From Acanthaster planci (lineage: Eukaryota): a stretch of DNA of 64,000 nt. Made by a program: the position numbers and the translations under genes. Within the stretch, counting starts at the first letter, position 1. Each line of letters begins with the position of its first letter. Location: the NCBI RefSeq assembly GCF_001949145.1, contig NW_019091355.1:5340517-5404516 (forward strand), written 5' to 3'. The notes below the pieces were generated by a model, which was given only the letters and a program-made list of their open reading frames with translations, made no database searches and had not been told where the DNA came from. Below are positions 14,601 through 26,795 of this stretch, piece by piece.

Positions 14601-16307
14601 ATTCAAGCAACCTTTCTTTCCATAATGCCCACAAGTTTACAACACAATGCAACAAAGTGATTGAATAAATTATAGAATTACACGTAATAGTATACATGTA
14701 CGGTACATGTTGATTGGTTGTTCAGGAAAAGAAGAGCAATAAACCCATTGGCAATTACCCTACACGTACGTAAGCGTCTTTCAAAGCTAAGAGCTCATAC
14801 AGGTATAGAGAAGTTTGGACGAAACAAATCAAAACCAATTACAGAGACAGACCAACAAGTGGACAACACAAATACAGTACACATAGTGTTAAAATAAATG
14901 TTAAAAAAACAGGGGAAAAAAAAGTTGTTTACTGACTTTAACTCATTTTGTCGAGATGGGTCTCCGTACTGAGTTGACTACTGAGAAGTTAAGCCAAAAA
15001 CATCCCCAGGTGAATCAAAATAATCTGCTGTGATTGGAAGATTTTACAGGATTAAGGAAAGTACAATGTACAAGTACCGTAGCTCACCCGGCCTCAATTA
15101 CTGTACATGTACTTAATATGGAACACAAGGTCCTTTCAGGATTGCAGCATACAGAGAAAAGTAAACTGGTGAGAATTGTGGGAGGATTCAGGAAACTTCT
15201 TGGTAAACAACGCCTTGGAAGTACAAGTAGGGTTGACATTTGATTGACATAGAACATTCACATGGGCTGTAGTCTCCAAATACACTGCACTAGGTGACAG
15301 CCACAAAGGCAATTTTCCTCATTCCCTAAAATGTCAATTCATATTGGAAGTCTCCAGTATTTGATTTGGCTTTGGAGACACACCCACGTACCCTTGCACA
15401 GAGCAGAAGGCATGTCCAGCAACTACATCTATGCTAATGCTGTAGAGGCAGAGAGAGAGAACAAAATAGTGGAAGTGTTCTCCCAAATAATTTTGCCCCC
15501 TATGAACTCCATCTTCATTAACCCCCAGCCCCCTCCCCTAAAATGTCAAGACAGAACAGTACATGTTTACCCATCTACACTCCCACACGTAGCTTCTTTT
15601 TGGATATCGCCTGAGGTGAACCTTTTAATTAATTGTAACAGGATGTTTTGAGAATGGCAGTGATCGATAGTGCCACACTTAGAAATGTCAGGTGGGAGTG
15701 CATTTCCAATTTTGTGCACTCATTGGCCCTGTGCTTTACAAGTACAAACACAAGGTTTTAAGATGAACCACTCCAGAGGTGGAGGACTTCATATCTAGTA
15801 CGTGATTGATGGGGGGGGAGGTGTCATCTTCCACAAGGTGCACCTTCCAAAAAAGTACATATGTGCAGAACTCATTATCTGTATTCTGAATTTGACCAGG
15901 GCCCCCTGTGCAATGATGCCAGAGATGTTTGCAGGGAAGTGCATGCAAACAATTTTGCATTTGCCCGCACGTTAAGATACAGCATACATGTAAATTAATC
16001 AAAATGGTTAGCCCCAGCACTTAACTAAGCAGGGCGGCAGAGCTTTGGACACCTCGCGTCATGCTGACCACAAAAACGACTCGAGGCCTGTAGCATTCAC
16101 ATTGCCACAACAGGAAACACAGTGGTCCCCTGGTGGGCCCACGTGTCTACCTTGCCTCTCTAGTGTGGATATTTCTTTGTTTTTTTATGCACAGAAAAAC
16201 GCAGTGAAAATACTAATTTTTCTTGCACTGTGAACACTCTTTTAAGCTGCGATCCGTTGGTTTTCTTGACTATTCCTCTTCCTGGTGATAACCCCAAAAT
16301 GCCTTAA

Positions 16308-16900
16308 CCACTTCATGCCGGGGCATTTTCCAATGTTGATGATGCTGGGCCGGCATGAATATCATTTTTTCCGTTTTCAAAATCCTTCAAAAATTTATCA
16401 TTTCATTTAATGGTCGTTTATAACTGCACCAAGTAATCTTTAGGCACTACTCTAAGNNNNNNNNNNNNNNNNNNNNNNNNNNNNNNNNNNNNNNNNNNNN
16501 NNNNNNNNNNNNNNNNNNNNNNNNNNNNNNNNNNNNNNNNNNNNNNNNNNNNNNNNNNNNNNNNNNNNNNNNNNNNNNNNNNNNNNNNNNNNNNNNNNNN
16601 NNNNNNNNNNNNNNNNNNNNNNNNNNNNNNNNNNNNATTGCTGCGGTGGCGGAGTGCTTTTGTTCCCGGTGGTAATCCGCTCGCTCTCAATGCCCCAGAC
16701 CCTGGTATACGGTTTCAAAACAAGGCTGGATTATCACCACTTTTGAGAGTGAAAAATGTCGGTAATGCCCAGCAGCCTGGTCTTTTGTTCGGAGTACGGT
16801 CTTTTGTTGCAGGGCCCGGTTTCCTTTGTCCGAGTTCGGAGACCCCGGCCACCCATATAAACCATACATCTCCGATCCCGGAGTCCCCGGTAGGAAGTGG
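16308..16900. mobile_element. piggyBac-like non-autonomous element spanning an N gap
   Basis: TTAA at 16304-16307 and 16901-16904. TIRs ccacttcatgccgggg / ccccggtaggaagtgg match 14/16. Interior is CpG-rich relative to flanks; gap 16457-16636 lies inside. Confidence 0.8.
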
Positions 16901-17084
16901 TTAAAAACTGTTTTTTGGGGGAGGGGGAGAGTTAAACTTGTACAGTCCACACAAAGTTTGTACAAGTTGCATAACGTGTATTTGTTTTGCTCACGGGTCC
17001 ACATTATGGTAGGTACCAGCACCTGCATTAAGTAAGGTTGGCACAGCGTCTTTTCCCCAATGTACATTAGTTGCCATGAGTGCA

Positions 17085-17525
17085 TTAACGAGGATCTACT
17101 AGAGGCCAATTCTGGTGCCAGCAGCCGCGGTAATTCCAGCTCCAATAATGTATATTAAAATTGCTGCAGTTAAAAGCTCGTAGTTGGATCTTAGGCGCAG
17201 GCTTGCAGTCCGCCGCAAGGCACGCCACTGCCCACCTGGCCTTCCTCTCAGTCTCAGCCCGGTTCTCTTGACTGAGTGCCAAGCGCGGCCGAAACGGTTT
17301 CTTCGAAAAAACTGGAGTGTTCAAAGCAGGCCGACCACCTGGACAGCAGAGCATGGAATAATGGAATAGGACCTCGGTTCTATTGTGTTGGTTTTCGGAA
17401 CTTGAGGTAATGATTAAGAGGGACTGACGAGGGCATTTGTATTGCAGTGTCAGAGGTGAAATTCTTGGATCACTGCAAGACGACCCACTGCGAAAGCATT
17501 TGCCAAGAATGTTTTCATTAATCAA
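17085..17525 (+). rRNA. 18S rRNA: 18S (SSU) rRNA fragment, degenerate dispersed pseudogene (region around V4)
   Basis: Universal motifs gtgccagcagccgcggtaattccagctcc, gctcgtagttggat, agaggtgaaattcttgga, gcgaaagcatttgccaagaatgttttcattaatcaa. Homology stops abruptly on both sides, with many substitutions and no flanking rDNA. Confidence 0.95.
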
Positions 17526-17570
17526 TGCATGAAACTCACAAGACTTTCTGCAGACAACCATGTATGGACC

Positions 17571-17629
17571 TTAACCCTAACCCTCCTCAATCCTTCACCT
17601 GTTGGAGGACTGAGGAGTGTTAGGGTTAA
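17571..17629. mobile_element. 59-bp hairpin mini-element with TTAA-CCCT ends (piggyBac-like)
   Basis: ttaaccctaaccctcctcaatccttca / tggaggactgaggagtgttagggttaa are near-perfect inverted arms around a 5-nt loop; related arms at about 27420-27668. Confidence 0.7.
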
Positions 17630-18434
17630 ATGGCATTCTTTGGATTCTCCATTTCCATGGAAATCTTTTTCAAGACGAAGTTGGTACTTCCAATGTGCTT
17701 GAGAGAACATTGTGGAGGTGGGAGTTTTCAAGTGTCTGCGAACCCAACCTTCTTTCTAACCAGCCCTGTTAACATTCTTGTTACTAAAACCTCCAAAATG
17801 TTCTCTCCTGAAATAATGGCACAACATAACATTGCAAATTAAAAATCTCAGCTAATCATTCAGAGTGAGGGCAAAAACCATGTTGACTACTCGTACCATG
17901 GATGTCATAGTATGGACGGTATCTAAGGCACAAGCAAAAGATACTTGTATGCTTTATTTCAACAACTCGGCTCCAGGGACATGTACATGTACTCTTCTGA
18001 AAAAAAAATCCTAACATTGTCTTTGGCTGGAAGCTTAGCGTCGCGAAGGTGCTACAGACCACGTTGCTTAGTGATGGCCAACAAACCCACACAAACGTAC
18101 ACTCTTTACATTGAAGACTAATTAAATATAAATGTACACAGGCACACTGGCTGCCTTCTTTGGGCATAACTAGGGCACTTAAGTGGTTACTGTGGTGAAG
18201 TGAAAGGTATTTGCTGCACTATTAAAGCCCTCATGAACTACAAAAGGTCATCCTCTATTCCCTCTCGCCTATCAAGATGATCAAGATCTTTGGCTGGGAG
18301 TGGAATTCATGATGCTGGACATCCGTGTACACATTCGTAAATTTAATCAAGCCATTAAGCCAAAGGTACTTGCATTTTGTCAATGGTAAACTTGATACTG
18401 CCCACCTGGGTACAGAGTGCTCAGTGCATAGAGC

Positions 18435-18680
18435 AATCCGCTCCAAGTGGAACAAAAGAGGGCGTGTTTTTTTTGGTCCTCATCACATAGGCGGGCCATG
18501 AGGCAAGCAAATACATGTTTATGCGCGTTTGACGCGGAGCACGCTTAGTACGCGTAACTAATTTACTCCAGCATGTACATGTATGGTCTTTGCGTACACG
18601 CAGAACACGTGCAAGAAACCGCTTGTAACCACCTGTCTTTCTTTTTGTCGATTAGGGGTGCACTTCAGCTTGGGGCAGAT
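18435..18680 (+). mobile_element. About 240-bp MITE, copy 1 of 2
   Basis: Closely similar inverted copy at 43900-44132; short TIR aatccgctccaag...cttggggcagat. Confidence 0.75.
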
Positions 18681-19241
18681 GGTATGTGAATGGACACTTT
18701 CTCCTGCCTTTGTACGGTATGTACATGTACGTGTACTGGTACATGCATGGTGTGTGTATTGGCAATGATGTGGTTAATGTTTCATGCAACACTGCAATCA
18801 AACACCTTGACACCTCTCAGAAATCATGAGTGCAAACTTTGAAGAAAAAAAAATTAATCGGCTGAAACCTCATCAACGCTGTGCATGGTGATGGCCAACT
18901 TGTATGAGATTTGCGGCTGCACTATGTCAGAAACCTTTTTTGAACTTTCGGACAACCAGGGCTTTTGGTTGAAACGTTGACTTCTTAATCGCCGTTTTTT
19001 CTTCATAACCCCACTCTTTCCAAAAGAGATAGCTACTTACATGGTGTACCCGCAATACATGTACATGTACCTTTAAGGAGATTCAGCAAATACTCAATAC
19101 TTACATGTACATGTAGCGGAGGAAGGTCATATCGGATAAACTGTGAATGTATCAGAACCGGTACATGGACAGTTCCAGAACAAACATACATGTACATGTA
19201 CGTACATAATGTACATGCTGTTTGCGGGATACCGTTTCAAG

Positions 19242-19427
19242 CTTCCTCCTTTTCCTGTTTTCACAATTCCAGTAAAAATTGAGACCGACTACAATGACAT
19301 TGCAGGAACTGTGTCCACACTGGCCATGCTACCAATGTCCTGGTGCCGGAGACCGTGTCAATTCAAGTTCCTTCCATCCTTGATGCAACTGTTTGTAAAT
19401 CTTGAGCAGATACTGGTACATGTAGTG
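19242..19427 (-). pseudogene. Death-domain-like coding relic (frameshifted)
   Basis: Minus strand reads YQYLLKIYKQLHQGWKELELT-[shift]-GLRHQDIGSMA...NV...[shift]LLE..KQEKEEA, resembling the death-domain pattern L..I...L...WK.L...LGL...I; contains stops and frameshifts. Confidence 0.45.
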
Positions 19428-21821
19428 TGTGTGCATGTAGTGGGAACAACATTGGTAGAATTGATATTGCAAATCTTCATGTAGAGTGCATGGAGTCTTA
19501 CGACAGCCTCAGTGTTACCTATGAGACTTCCAAGTTCACGTTACTCCCCAACCTTCTGTGCATCCCCCCCTCACCAAGGTTTTGATCTACAGCATCGATA
19601 TTGTGTTGTCAGTAGCACTGGATTTATCTGTGATAATTCGTGTTGCTGACGGCTCATCTCCGTCTCTTACTCCAGGACAGTGATCTGTGGACTTTGACAC
19701 TGCCAACTACTCAACACATCCATCGTCCACTGATGTCACAATGATGAAAGCCACAATCATCTTTACTATGTTTAGTATCTTGCTGCAATTTTTCATAATA
19801 ATATATACATGTATGTCTAATTCACTCAATCCACTCACATAGATGTAGGAAATAAATCTCTATCATTGTCTATTTCACGAGTTCTGGTACCTTTAGGAAA
19901 TAATTCTCTATTGTCTATTTGACAAGTTCTGAGGAAAATGCATCAAACCCGAGAAATCGCTCTAAGTTTATCCGAAATGCCAACAGAGAAGAATAAAGTC
20001 GGCCGACTACTGCCAACTGCTGCTGAACCAAACGTAACCAAGATATATGTAATTATCCAGAGTGCTGCCTTTTATGTAATTCAAGTTGACAGATAGATAG
20101 GTATGAGTGGTCAGGATGCCTTTAGAGACGTTCAGCTTTCAACGGATCTGAAAGCCAGCACCACATCGCTCAAGGTGACAAAATAGGAATGTTTGTAGAG
20201 GCCACGAAGGAGCTGATTCAATCTTGGGGGGTTGTTTAGATGCGGCATCCTGGGGGTTACACAGAGGGAAAGCGTGCACTGCTTGTGGGGAGGAGGGGGG
20301 GGAGATGGTCATTACGGCGAGTGAGATGGAGCAGACGTGTTGTGGTGCGTGTCCTTATACTGTAGGTAATCAATGCTGAACCAAAACAGAATCCTACACA
20401 GTGACATTCTGCAGGCAATATGTTCTTTCAATATTATTCGGAGGGGAAGGTTAGTCTGTCCTGCTGAGTCAGGCAATTACACAAATGGCTTTCTGTCAAA
20501 AGTTCAACACTCATTGCAAAACAAAACAGAGAACAACAAATTGCAACCTTTATTCCGGTAAACACACATAATTATGCTTACATATGTGCCATTTGCATAT
20601 GTGATCAGATCCCACAAAATAAGCCTGAGGCCATTTTTGCTCCAGTGCTGTTAGTTCAGATGTGCAAGAGACTCAGTTATAGTGTCCTGATGGATTGAAC
20701 GTGTTATGGATTTCCACTGCTTTACATTGTGCAAGATTCTTGTAAAGGCCTGAAACTCAAAAATGGCTGTGGAAACTTCTGGCTCATTCTGTCAGGTCGG
20801 GTCACGTACATGTCTTTGCATGTATTTGCTCATTGTCCGACGATGAGACCCGTCAAGCACAAAGCTAACTGTTGGCAGTTTGGGTTTTTTGAAGTCTTTG
20901 TTTTGTGTTTACGTGTTTTGTTGTCGTATCACAAAAAGCTGACCCTGTAAAGTGGCAACTGACTATTACTATTATTATTTTATTCAGAAATCAATCAACT
21001 AAGCAACAATCGTACACAGAGAAAACAAGATACAGTTGATTCATTCTGGGATAACCCAAGAAAGCCAATTACACAGGCTTATTTCCATTAGGGTCCCTTA
21101 AGTACATATATGGACAAATTTACAAAATTACTGATATGGACAATCAGAGTTGTAGAATCTGTACTGTCTATGACAAAATTTCACCAGTAACTGCTGGTAA
21201 AGCAAAAGGTTTTTCTGGTGTTAAGTCTGGTTTAGGGCTTGTGCAATCACACAAATAGCCATGACATGAGTTTTTCCAAATTACCAAACAGAGTTTGCAT
21301 TTTTCTTTGCCTTTTCTGTTCACTGGGCAATCTTAATTTGCTGTGCTTAACTCAGTGTAGGTTAAAGCTTGAACTTTTTATATTTGTTCAGCAATCAGTG
21401 TCAAGAATTTCTCATTTGATTCACTGCCTTAAAAATGTTTCTGGAAGGTGGGCAGGTTCGTACCTGGTCTATGGGGCAATCACCAGGTAAGAAAATGTTC
21501 CTGGTGCTGTCCTCTGGCATCGGCAGGTGAAAAAAAATACCATCCTGAAATAGCTGTTGCAAGATACAGCATTGGACAGTGATTCATTGGTCTGACTCTC
21601 CAGGCCTACAACCAATTCAACTTAACACCATGCAAAATTCATAGTGGAGACTTAATTTCTTGAAGCTTGTGCTCCAGCCACTTTGACAAATTGGCAGGAA
21701 ATCTGATCACATGAAATATACATGTACCTGTACCGGCACAATGTCACTTGATTTTGAAATGAAAATAGCCTCCAATCCTGAACACGCAGGAGGACTTCAA
21801 TACAATGTGTGCAAATCTCAC

Positions 21822-22182
21822 CTGATTTTGTGCAGCAGAGGACCACCTTGACCACTCGGGACGGCTGCGGAGGGAGACTGGCAATCCTCCCATTGATAAT
21901 ACCAGCATCCATGACCATGTTGCAGATCAGTTCAAGTGCAGCCTGATACTGAGTCTACACTGTACAAGCATGTACATCCACTATGGAACGTGCTGCACTC
22001 CACGCAACATTGTGTGCGCAGTGCTCCAAGAGGTGTTGAGGACCTTTTGCCTGGGCTTCTGCGTGTGATGAACTTTGACCTTGGAGGAGAGTTCCAGTGA
22101 TGAGGTCACAAGGCCCGGACAGGTGCTGAAGGATGTAAGGTCACAGATTGGAGCCTGAAGCAAAGCATGAACACTCGCGTGT
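21822..22182 (-). pseudogene. Pseudo-exon (361 nt, phase 0 to 1) with two in-frame stops; possible death-fold/CARD-like content
   Basis: Acceptor ttgtctctgcag| and donor CAG|gtgag. One frame runs 120 codons (…NL*PYILQHLSGPCDLITGTLLQGQSSSHAEAQAKGPQHLLEHC…V*TQYQAALELICNMVMDAGII…) with only a TGA and a TAG, each one C>T change from CGA/CAG. Confidence 0.5.
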
Positions 22183-22553
22183 CTGCAGAGACAAGGGCAA
22201 GAATTCTCATCAATATTTTGCGATTGCTGTTCTAAATTTCCTCTTCATACATGTACATGAAGTACATGTACGTACACACCTTCCAAACACTTCCACTGTA
22301 GCGTGTAACTTCCTGATTCAGAACAAGGGCAGTTGAAAGTGGGAAGAATACATATACATGTATATACACACATGTACATATGCACTCGAAGCAAAACTTG
22401 GAATATGTCATCGGTTTTGTTTCATTTCTATACATGCATATGTACCATACATGTGACGGTATTTTCTTCAACTCGGCAAATAATGGGCTTTGTGGGACAA
22501 GGGATACCACTCTCCACTAGCAAAGACATCTGTCAGCGTGACACACAGCATGC

Positions 22554-23330
22554 TCATCCTAGCCTTGGGCGTGCATGTATGGTATGGGGCATGCATGACC
22601 AACTCTCATTGGAGAGTACGGTATTTGCGTGGGTGTTTGGTACTCGGCGGAGAAGGTTGTTGTTCAACCAGTGTCTCCCCTCGTCGACAGTGAGGGGGTA
22701 CACGCATATGTACGTACTTGGAGAGGCCAGCTGACCGACAGAGACCACATTGCATTGGGACTTGAATAATGATCATTACATTCAATTTAGACACACAGGA
22801 TTTTGAATCTGTGTAATGGAAATTAATGAACATTTAGCATTCTGATGCTTATGCAGGAGGTGGTATCCGTGAGTTTTGGGGGGAGGAGGTTGTGGACGAG
22901 ATATGAATGTCAGTGACAAAGGGAAGAGGTTGCAGGGAGTTTGAAGTGAACAGAGACGCCAAATGCACTGAGGCAATAAGCTGAGATTTCCAAAATCATA
23001 TGATGTTAACTCTAGACTAGAAACTGTGCTAGGATTATTAATATTGGTCAGGGGGGTGGGCAAGGAAGCCGGACAACGACTCCAATCACCCCCTCCCCCG
23101 TCCTCTGTAATGTACTCTTGTTGTGTGCATGATACTACACCGAGGTGATTATCAACAGACAGAGAGACGCTATATGTAATAGATACACTTTCTCCAGAAC
23201 TCAAATTGGGACCTCTGATACTCTATTCGATATCTACCCAAATCAAATTTGATCTCTCATTCTCATGTCCCGGCACGAACTAGACGTATCTTTCATCGGT
23301 GAGGATGCACGTAATCCAATGGTTGGGTTA
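22554..23330 (-). pseudogene. Leucine-rich-repeat coding relic
   Basis: VSSLELTSYDFGNLSLLPQCIWRLCSLQT (23024-22938), NLLPPKL..CISIRMLNV, VGQLAS and WLNNNLLRRVP (about 22670-22638) fit LxxLxLxxNxLxxLPxxIxxL; interrupted by frameshifts and stops. Confidence 0.5.
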
Positions 23331-25915
23331 AGTAAAAACACCTTCAGGCCAGTCGAAATATTGCAGTACGTATCCCCTTTCAGAAAGTAGTTTAGTTCAC
23401 ATTACATCAGAAACATACATTTCTACACTTTCATTTATGCGTACACACATACAATGTACATGTACGCAGGATGTACATGTATATGTTGTTACATACATGT
23501 AAACAAGGCAGGGTTTATTTGCTTGTTTATTCAATTCATCCCCTCTGTTTACTGTTCCATCAAAACTGCATGTTTTCCTTGTGCATCTTTTCATTATTCA
23601 GTGAACTTGGTGGCCAACGTTTGACAAAGGACAAAATCTTGAAGTCTGCGATACAGTTCTGCAACCAGGAAATGCCCACGAAAAAAGCCACTTCCTGAAA
23701 CCTGGGATACTGAACTTGATAAGGAAGCAGTTCATTCCGATTTTCTTTTTTTTTTTCTTGCTCCCAATCAGACTATGCACATTACCACATGCACATGAAG
23801 TTTCTGATGAGAATATTGTATCTGTGCTGGGCATGCAGAAACTGGTCACAAATGCACCTATCTTTCACCACCGCAGGCCTGCACGTTTGGTTTTTTTTTT
23901 CTTGAAGCAAACGCAGATTTGAAGAAGAGTACATGTACGTGCACATCACAACAAGTTCACGATGAGACAGACATTGGTGTTAAGTTTGCAACTTGAACAT
24001 GTAACTTGCACAATATCCTCCACTATTGCAGGCCCACACGTACATGTACATATACATATACATGTAATCCAGACATGTGCCTGTACATGTACCGGGTAAG
24101 TCTCTGTTTCTCAACACAAGCAAAAACTTGTAGACCCTAAAAGCCCTGTCAGTGAGCCTAACATTTACAAAAGCCACAAAAATTTCTGTTTGATCAAATA
24201 ATTTCTGAAGTTATAGACCCATACTATTAGGTACAGTGCATTCAAGCCTCAATACTGTGCTGTCTATATTGTACACAAATTTATCCAAACACTTGATTTT
24301 CCAACACGGCTTGTTGAATACTGCGTATACCAGCTACATGCAGCTGGCAAAAGCCGCTGACAAAAATGCTCATGTTTGTATGGATCTGAACATTTGTACC
24401 TGAATTTTACACAGAACAGAGAAACTTGAGATTGAATTCACGCTAGCATAATCACCATAGCAAACTGAATCAAAAAGGAGTAAATTTCAGTCATACTTCA
24501 CGCCATCCTGGGAAAGACATTTGAAGCACAGCATTAACATCCTGAAAATAACAGGGAAAAATAGCAGGGTTTGTGGAAGAGCAATTTGTGCATCATACTG
24601 GCAGAAACAGGAAGGAGAGCGACATCAAACAACGGATGTGGCAGCCCTCGGAATTCTGGTGACTTGGATCAATTGTCATTACTACAGTATTCCAGGATTC
24701 CTACTGCAATATTGCATGCAGCCTTTCAACTTCAGCAGGCCTTGCCAAGAAAATTACCAAAAAAGGGAGAGAGATTAACGTTTCCTTTCCAAAATTTGAA
24801 CAATTTGTTTGTTGGAAAAAAAGGGAAAGAAAATCTAATGTGATCTACAGGTGTAGTTCCAAACTTTAAGCTCTGTGGATTGATGACAGAAAACAAAACA
24901 ATAGGCGGAAAATTTCATTTTCAACAATNNNNNNNNNNNNNNNNNNNNNNNNNNNNNNNNNNNNNNNNNNNNNNNNNNNNNNNNNNNNNNNNNNNNNNNN
25001 NNNNNNNNNNNNNNNNNNNNNNNNNNNNNNNNNNNNNNNNNNNNNNNNNNNNNNNNNNNNNNNNNNNNNNNNNNNNNNNNNNNNNNNNNNNNNNNNNNNN
25101 NNNNNNNNNNNNNNNNNNNNNNNNNNNNNNNNNNNNNNNNNNNNNNNNNNNNNNNNNNNNNNNNNNNNNNNNNNNNNNNNNNNNNNNNNNNNNNNNNNNN
25201 NNNNNNNNNNNNNNNNNNNNNNNNNNNNNNNNNNNNNNNNNNNNNNNNNNNNNNNNNNNNNNNNNNNNNNNNNNNNNNNNNNNNNNNNNNNNNNNNNNNN
25301 NNNNNNNNNNNNNNNNNNNNNNNNNNNNNNNNNNNNNNNNNNNNNNNNNNNNNNNNNNNNNNNNNNNNNNNNNNNNNNNNNNNNNNNNNNNNNNNNNNNN
25401 NNNNNNNNNNNNNNNNNNNNNNNNNNNNNNNNNNNNNNNNNNNNNNNNNNNNNNNNNNNNNNNNNNNNNNNNNNNNNNNNNNNNNNNNNNNNNNNNNNNN
25501 NNNNNNNNNNNNNNNNNNNNNNNNNNNNNNNNNNNNNNNNNNNNNNNNNNNNNNNNNNNNNNNNNNNNNNNNNNNNNNNNNNNNNNNNNNNNNNNNNNNN
25601 NNNNNNNNNNNNNNNNNNNNNGAAAATTTCATTTTCAAACAGGCAATTTCAGATAAAGTGATCCATAATAAACGAATGCAAATTTGCACATTATTCTCTA
25701 AACAAAGTTCAGGTAAAAATGCGCTGGTATCTGGACTCGAGACAATGAACTCCATCCCCATTGGTCATGAGTCTGTGTACGACACAACATGCAGAATACG
25801 CCATGCCAAGGCCATATTTAAGGAGATTATATTGGACAACTTGCAAAAGGAATACAACATAAAATGGATGGGGGTGTTCAGAAAAATGAAAATAAACTTC
25901 TAGAACAAAATTGTT

Positions 25916-26090
25916 GAAAATCCATCATATGTTACTTCTTTTGACTCTGACTTAAACAGGTATTTATGAATGGGAATAAATATGTATTTGGCTAAGGAGA
26001 CTGAACGCTCATAATGCCTGAGCCGCAGGCGAGGGCATTAGTCGCATCCATTCTCCTGAGACAGTCTACCAGTCAAGCACAAATATATTC
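25916..26090 (+). repeat. Interspersed repeat with nested palindrome, copy 1
   Basis: Aligns with 33305-33507; central hairpin taatgcctgagccgcaggcgagggcatta inside a longer imperfect palindrome. Confidence 0.7.
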
Positions 26091-26684
26091 CCTAGGTAAC
26101 GGCAAAGTAGAAGCAGAAAACTGATGATAATTTCTATTCTGTGATTGCGTATTGTCCTCGAGCAAAGCAACAATATTTTTTAAGGGATGCACATGTTTAC
26201 TGAAATTATCATTGAAATCATGCTTGGATTTGTTTTTGTGATGTGCCTACATGTATTTTCCATTGCAATGACTTTATTGCACGGTAATGTTGCAGATTCT
26301 AGTTTACAGACTCATGTGTGACATGTCGTGATTTTTTTGACATTTACCTCACAAAGAAATTAGAACCACCAATTTTTCAAATACATTTCAAACACATAGC
26401 TGCCTCATATGCCTCATCGTCTTCATTCTCGGGAGACGGAAGACAACATGAACTTCACTGTTTGGGAAATGACAGCAGACCAACAAAGAAGGTCATGGCA
26501 ACATGACACCATTCCTACAAGAAGATCACACCTAGGGTGGGGGCACGTGGTTATATCCTGATCAAAGGGATGCTTGAAGATGGAGAATGTTTTGGGGAAT
26601 ACTTTAATAGGTATGCCGACTTTTGTGACGAACAATAAAAATCACTTTGATTTGGATTCATAAAATCTGTATTATTTGTCACAA

Positions 26685-26795
26685 CTTTGTCACACTTAAT
26701 AATCATGCTATATGTACATGTACCCTTGTTCAATCATCTTTGTCACACTTAATAATCATGCTATATGTACATGTACCCTTGTTCAATCATCTTTG
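26685..26795. repeat. Perfect 53-bp tandem duplication
   Basis: ctttgtcacacttaataatcatgctatatgtacatgtacccttgttcaatcat occurs twice (26685-26737, 26738-26790) plus a partial third start. Confidence 0.9.

Noticed and set aside
17571..17629. Interstitial telomeric repeat
   Set aside because: Only one or two hexamers per end, explained by TTAA plus the TIR.
22620..22695. Plus-strand RRRRLLFNQCL as a bHLH basic region pairing with 23602-23698
   Set aside because: The donor would be phase 0 while the acceptor exon needs phase 2, and the opposite strand fits an LRR better.
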